DNA of 55,204 nt, counting the filler, from Candidatus Omnitrophota bacterium (GTDB taxonomy: Bacteria; Omnitrophota; Gorgyraeia; Zapsychrales; JBDRMG01): NCBI GenBank assembly GCA_043812495.1. It is 5 parts of 4 records of this genome, joined end to end, with 100 filler letters (N's around TTAATTAATTAA, not from the genome) between each part and the next. Parts side by side here need not be neighbours in the genome. Positions count along the whole stretch, not along the records: positions 50,026 to 52,766 come from JBDRMG010000064.1; positions 52,867 to 55,204 come from JBDRMG010000065.1; 3 more parts are not named here. The stretch is one strand, 5' to 3'. The notes under the pieces are model-generated. The model was not told the DNA's origin, did not search any database, and saw only the letters and a list, made by a program, of their open reading frames with translations. Below, one piece after another: positions 50,026 to 55,204 of the stretch; positions within the stretch are counted from its first letter, which is position 1, and each line of letters begins with the position of its first letter. The position numbers were made by a program, and so were the translations under genes.

Positions 50026-52766
50026 AGCAAGTCCGGGCGTATCAAAGCTTCCAACATAAGCCGGCGCAGCAGGATTGCTTATATCGACAATTTGGAGACC
50101 TAACGAATCATAGGCCACATACGCATAATTATTGAGCACATAGACATCGCGAGCATAGCTTTCAAGATTATAGCTACCGGCTAAAATGGGCACAGCAGGA
50201 TTGCCGATATCAACAATCACAAGGCCTATCGTTCCATATGCTAAATAGGCATAATTGTCAACAACATAAACACTCTCAGCAAAGGGTGGATCCGATTCAT
50301 AGGGATCATAGCTTCCGATAAAAACTGGATTAGCAGGATTGCTGATATTAATGATTTTCAAGCCATCGTAACCTGCGGCAACATAAGCATAATCGCCCGA
50401 GACATAAACTCCGGAAGCGCTTGCAGTGAAACTTCCGGTCAAATTCGGCTCATAAGGATTGCTGACATCGATAATTTTTAATGAAGTCCCAACGGTCAGG
50501 TAGACATAATTACCAAGGGCATAAACACTGTTAGAATTGGGAGCATCGTAGCTACCTACAATGATAGGATTTGCAGGATCGTGAATATCTATAACTTTTA
50601 AACCTAAAACATGATCTGCAACATACGCATAATCACCTAACACGTAGACCCCATAGGCTCTTTCTAATCCAGACGCACTTCCCACATAAAACAAAAGTGA
50701 ATCAACAAGCTCGCCACTGAAATTTCCAAATAATGGCGGATTATTATATGTGACGGCCCACACATCCCTAATAGTCTGGTTGGTGTTACCGTTAGAGTCC
50801 ATTACCTCTAATCTCACTTGCCAGCGTTCAGTCATAGACGTTGGGGATAATTCATACGCATGTTCTATCACCTTACTATTTGAATATCCTGTATCCCATA
50901 TACCATCGTCTTCAAAATCCCATCGTACCTGTAAATCTTCAGCCTCATCTTCCCCGTCCCAAGACTCAGTTGCATCTAATGCAACGGCAAACGGACTTGA
51001 ATCTCCGTGTTGATTGGCTGGAGTTGAAGTAAATTGAGCAACTGGGCTCAAGTTAAAGGATTTGACCTCAACTTCTTTTGTAATTGCCTGTATCAATCCT
51101 TGGGTATCCTTAACTTCCAGCCTAACGGTCTTAATACCTTCATCGGGATAAATAAACGTTGCAGTCTTTGTTACAGAAAATTCCGTATCCCATGTGCCAT
51201 CATCCTCAAAATCCCACCTCACCTCCAGATGAGATGGATCATCTTCGATGTCGTTACTTTCAGAAGCATCAAAAATAAATTCAGTTTCGAGGCTGCCCAT
51301 GGGTGGATTTATCGAGAATGCAGAAAAAGGATGAATATTAGTTTCAACGCTGTCTTCGATTATCATTTTATCCGTCGCGTAACGGGTCTCTTTATTACCT
51401 ACAGAATTAGTTGCCCTTATCTCAATCTTATATTCTCCGTTCTTTAAAGACGGCGTTGTTAGAATAAAATCCTCCTCAGCGCTATCAAAGCTGCCATCCT
51501 GTGGAATTGCAGAAATCCAAGCATTGCCGTTTATCCTATATTCCACATTAGATATTGTATTTAAGGTCACATCGCTATAGATAGGATAGTCCTCCTCATA
51601 CGTATTAGGTAAAGCGATATCAGTGGCTCGGCCGGTATAAGTCAAAGGATTAGCACCTGTTTTATCAAGAATTAAAGTATGCGGGGCTGTATCGAGAGGA
51701 TCTAATATACCATCGCCATCAGAATCTTGCCATCCAATTTGGCCTCGGCTGTAAACACCTATTGGATTATGAATTCCCCATCCACTAATCATAATATCGG
51801 GAAGCCCTTCTCCTGCCCCTTCGAAAAATCCATTTCCGTCATTGTATTTTGAGTTTGCGTTGACAATGTTAAGATATCCCCATCTGTCTATTGGGCTCCT
51901 ATATGCAGTATAGTATTGATCCATAGCGCCAAAAATATGCATTGTTTCGTGAAGAATGGTATAGCCTTCTCTTAGGTTATCATTATATATCTTAGCACTC
52001 GGCCCAAAATAGGCTGCACTTCCCCTATAATCTCCTGTAAATATTCTAATCATATAGGACCAGTGAGTTTGATATGTGTTCCGTAGATCATTGATATAAG
52101 TGCGATAGTCAGAAGGGGGAAGAATAGGATATCCTTGACCATCCACTTCTTTGATAAATGTGAAGCTTATTTGAGCATTAGGTTGATCATTAATAAACTG
52201 ATTCAAGGCATCCACTGTTGAATTAAAAGCAGTATCCATATCCTCAGGGGTCCATTCTTCTTCCAATGGTCCTTCTTCAAAGAATACGCCCACAACAATA
52301 TCACCCGCCATAAAGAGACTGGTGTCATAGAATCCGGCGCCATAAGCTGTTCCGTATGTATCTGAATCCCCGCCTTTTAAATAATTGTCATCGCCTGCTG
52401 GATCTAGGCGCTCACCTGAAGGCAGTAAATAACTTTCTTCGATAACTCCCCGTTTCTGCAGCCATTGTTCTTTCTTTTCCTGCTCTTCCGGCAGGAACTT
52501 TTGTTTCTTCTGCTGCCAATGTATTTTGTATTCCTCTTCTTTTTGTTTTCTCTCCTCCTCAGTTTTCGGAATATCTGGCATTATGACTGTATCTCTAAAT
52601 TCTTCTATCTCTTCTGTATTAGGAATCTCTTCCTTTAATGCCTTCTTCTCCAGTAGACTATTCCATGCCTTAATACCAGTTAAGTCATGGTTAGGGAATA
52701 GGGTGAGATCAATCTTTTCGTATGAAATCTTCTCGATTGCGGTAAGGGTTTCCAATCCTTGGGAGA
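50026..52766 (-). CDS. Internal fragment of a large secreted protein: metzincin protease, DxDGDG Ca motif, Ig-like domain, 2 PKD domains, LVIVD repeats
   Basis: Frame open across the whole contig; HETMHIFGAMDQY and PDIM, DSDGDGILDPLD, VRWDFEDDG.WDT twice, repeated YAYVA...GL.I.DISNP.P. Confidence 0.85.
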
Positions 52767-52866
52767 NNNNNNNNNNNNNNNNNNNNNNNNNNNNNNNNNN
52801 NNNNNNNNNNTTAATTAATTAANNNNNNNNNNNNNNNNNNNNNNNNNNNNNNNNNNNNNNNNNNNN
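52767..52866. other. Artificial contig linker
   Basis: 100-nt N/TTAATTAATTAA spacer. Confidence 0.98.
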
Positions 52867-52867
52867 C

Positions 52868-55204
52868 ATGGCCTGGACCAATCGCGGCATTGCCCTTCAT
52901 AACTTAGGCCGCTACCCAGAGGCTATTGCCTCATATGACAGCGCCCTTACCTACGAACCTGATTATGCCAGTGCCTGGAACAACCGCGATGTTGCCTATG
53001 CCTTTAACAACCGCGATATTGCCATTGCCGCTTTAGGCCGCTACCCAGAGGCCATTGCCTCTCATGACGATTATGCCGATGCCTTGTACAAGCGCGGTAA
53101 TGCCCTTGCTAAATTAGGCCGCTACGAAGAAGCCGTTGCCTCCTATAACATCGCCTTATTGCTTGATCCCTATAATCTCAAGTACAAGATTGGTCGCCTC
53201 ATAGTAATGCCAGAATACTTTCTGTCTAAACTCAAAGGGTTATTTGGTGATGATTCAAAACTTCCAGCACCGGAGCCGGAACAAAGTATTCTCCTGCAAT
53301 CAACTGACCAATTCCTGGCAACGGCTATTGCCGGAAAGGATGCTGCGGCGCCTATGCTTGCTTTAACTAAGGCGCCTATAGATATTAATCCTCAAAGCTT
53401 GGAGGGTGAGTTAACACACAGCTTAGAAAAGGCAGGTTATCCAGAAGCAAGCGTCCCTGCTTTAAGGAGAGTGTTTGAACCCTACTTTGCTGAAATGAAC
53501 TTTGCTTCTTTAGAAGAAATATCTCATTCTTTAAATCAGCAACATCCTGGAGATAAACAGGGTATAATTGATCTTGTTCATTCGTTAGAAGGCAAATTAA
53601 GAACCTTCAGTTTAGATGATCCTGTTTTAAACTCTATAATTACCAGCTTTGATCCTGCATATAAGGGAGATTGGCAGCCTGAGCCTATTGAAGTTCAATG
53701 CGCAGCTATCTCCCAACGAGCACGAATCATACTAGACATGCTAGGGTTTGAGGTTAAAGGGGCTTATAGCTATGTATCCTTTTTTGACGAGGATCATACA
53801 TTTGCTTATCTTCCTCTTGACAAAGAAAATATTGTCCTGTTTACAGATTTTAGCTTAGGCCTAGTTAGAGAGATAGACCTTGGAAAATACTATCAGGAGT
53901 CAGGCAGCGTCCTAAATTTAAGGCCAGAATATATACTTCCTAGACAAGAAGTATTAAGACTAAAAGAAAAAGACGCGTTTACTCTAACAATAGTAGAAAT
54001 ATTGAATCTAGATTATGCTTCTATTCAGATAAGTAATGGCTCTGAGGATGTTATTACAGCCTCTATATACAGCAACCGCGGCGTTGCCCTTGCTGCTTCA
54101 GGCCTCTACGCAAAGGCTCTTGATTCCTATGACAGTGCTCTTACCTACAAGCCTGATTATGTCGAAGCCTGGAACAACCGCGGCGTTGCCCTTGCTGCTT
54201 TAGGCCGCGACGCAGAGGCCCTTGCCTCCTATGACAGCTGCCTTATCTACAAGCCTGATGATGCCGGTGCCTTGTATAACCGCGGCGTTGCCCTTGCTGC
54301 TTTAGGCCGCGACGCAGAGGCCCTTGCCTCCTATGACAGCGCCATTACCTACAAGCCTGATTATGCCAAGGCCTTGTACAACCGCGGCGTTACCCTTACT
54401 GAATTAGGCCGCTACGCAGAGGCCATTGCCTCCTATGACAGTGCTCTTACCTACAAGCCTGATTTTGCCGGTGCCTGGTACAACCGCGCCATTGTCCTTG
54501 CTGCTTTAGGCCGCGAAGAAGAGGCCATTACCTCTGTCGATTTACTTTATTTTGCCAGTGACATTTTCTTTAGTCTCCCTGCAACAAAACAAGCCATCTG
54601 CGAGGCCATCCGTATAATAAAATTCTTCACTCCACTTCTCACAGTTGGTGGTGCTGCACCTATGCTTGATCTAACTGAGGCGCCTGACTCCACCCGGCAG
54701 CCAACTGATGACCAATTCCTGGCAACGGCTATTGCCGGAAAGGATGCTGCGGCGCCTATGCTTGCTTTAACTAAGGCGCCTGTAGATACTAATCCTCAAC
54801 GCTTGGAGGGTGATTCCGCCCTGATCGACAGTATTATCACAAGCAACCTATCAAGACATTTTCCTGATTCAGCAGCGGCTGACATAAAAAGAGATTATCA
54901 ACCCTTGATACCTGTTTTTATAAATTACAGAGACGTATTCTCGTCTTTTGATTGGAGAGAAGATCTAGAAAAAACTATTGAAGCGCTTTTTCGGTTGGGC
55001 GTTGAAATTGATCTAGGAAATAAAAGGCCCCTGCGTGAAAAAATAGGCAATTCTTTCATCCCTGGAACAGCTGAATTAATAGCGGACGTAGAAGCATCAA
55101 GTCTATCACAAAAAGAAAAAGACGAACAAATTGCAGGTTTATTGCATTTCTGTGTTCCTTCTGCCAGAGCAACAGACATTATCCTTAAAGCCATTGGCCT
55201 TCCT
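52868..55204 (+). CDS. Fragment (779 codons, no stop) of a giant TPR / transglutaminase-like modular protein; absent from the ORF track
   Basis: Manual translation is stop-free to the window end: AWTNRGIALHNLGRYPEAIASYDSALTYEPDY TPRs; VQCAAISQRARIILDMLG...DHTF...FTDFS; five more TPRs; FCVPSARATDIILKAIG. Confidence 0.88.
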   Translation, partial: MAWTNRGIALHNLGRYPEAIASYDSALTYEPDYASAWNNRDVAYAFNNRDIAIAALGRYPEAIASHDDYADALYKRGNALAKLGRYEEAVASYNIALLLDPYNLKYKIGRLIVMPEYFLSKLKGLFGDDSKLPAPEPEQSILLQSTDQFLATAIAGKDAAAPMLALTKAPIDINPQSLEGELTHSLEKAGYPEASVPALRRVFEPYFAEMNFASLEEISHSLNQQHPGDKQGIIDLVHSLEGKLRTFSLDDPVLNSIITSFDPAYKGDWQPEPIEVQCAAISQRARIILDMLGFEVKGAYSYVSFFDEDHTFAYLPLDKENIVLFTDFSLGLVREIDLGKYYQESGSVLNLRPEYILPRQEVLRLKEKDAFTLTIVEILNLDYASIQISNGSEDVITASIYSNRGVALAASGLYAKALDSYDSALTYKPDYVEAWNNRGVALAALGRDAEALASYDSCLIYKPDDAGALYNRGVALAALGRDAEALASYDSAITYKPDYAKALYNRGVTLTELGRYAEAIASYDSALTYKPDFAGAWYNRAIVLAALGREEEAITSVDLLYFASDIFFSLPATKQAICEAIRIIKFFTPLLTVGGAAPMLDLTEAPDSTRQPTDDQFLATAIAGKDAAAPMLALTKAPVDTNPQRLEGDSALIDSIITSNLSRHFPDSAAADIKRDYQPLIPVFINYRDVFSSFDWREDLEKTIEALFRLGVEIDLGNKRPLREKIGNSFIPGTAELIADVEASSLSQKEKDEQIAGLLHFCVPSARATDIILKAIGLP
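53305..53409 (+). repeat. 105-bp intragenic direct repeat (module linker), copy 1
   Basis: 3 mismatches versus 54709-54813; encodes DQFLATAIAGKDAAAPMLALTKAP.D.NPQ.LEG. Confidence 0.92.
54074..54535 (+). repeat. 102-bp (34-aa) TPR tandem repeats, about 4.5 units
   Basis: AACCGCG recurs at 54074, 54176, 54278, 54380 and 54482. Confidence 0.92.
54709..54813 (+). repeat. 105-bp intragenic direct repeat, copy 2
   Basis: Matches 53305-53409; a partial third copy lies at about 54654-54685. Confidence 0.92.

Noticed and set aside
52868..54813. Diversity-generating retroelement explanation for the TPR and linker variation
   Set aside because: No reverse transcriptase or non-coding template repeat in the window, and substitutions are not restricted to adenines

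Overview
55 kb from a draft bacterial assembly made of five separate contigs joined by artificial 100-nt N/TTAATTAATTAA linkers (20918-21017, 47028-47127, 49926-50025, 52767-52866), so adjacency across linkers means nothing. Gene content (Rnf, ferredoxin, radical SAMs, giant modular proteins, an Flp-pilin-like motif, dense palindromic repeats) suggests an anaerobic environmental MAG, possibly Omnitrophota (inference). Contig 1 begins with the 3' end of a type I-C cas7, then a truncated Bro-N gene that runs straight into a leaderless 3-repeat CRISPR mini-array with no cas4/cas1/cas2. Housekeeping genes follow (bioB, trxB, menA, peroxiredoxin, ilvBN, gshA-gshB-grx, dusB, mtaB, uppP), then an ECF sigma and a chimeric anti-sigma/pilin-like/VWA protein. 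Contig 2 carries an uncharacterised 628-aa probable flavo-Fe-S TIM barrel, thiC, a RhuM-Fic islet, aroC, leuCD, acnA, a B12 radical SAM with ferredoxin, xth, amrS and rseC-rnfBCDGEA. Contig 3 has a nonsense-inactivated IS200 tnpA and envelope genes. Contigs 4 and 5 are internal fragments of very large modular proteins: a metzincin-PKD-LVIVD protein, and an ORF missing from the ORF track that alternates TPR arrays with transglutaminase-like Cys-His-Asp domains behind a 105-bp conserved linker. At least five families of intergenic palindromic or MITE-like repeats occur, and one supplies the C-terminus and stop codon of two unrelated genes.
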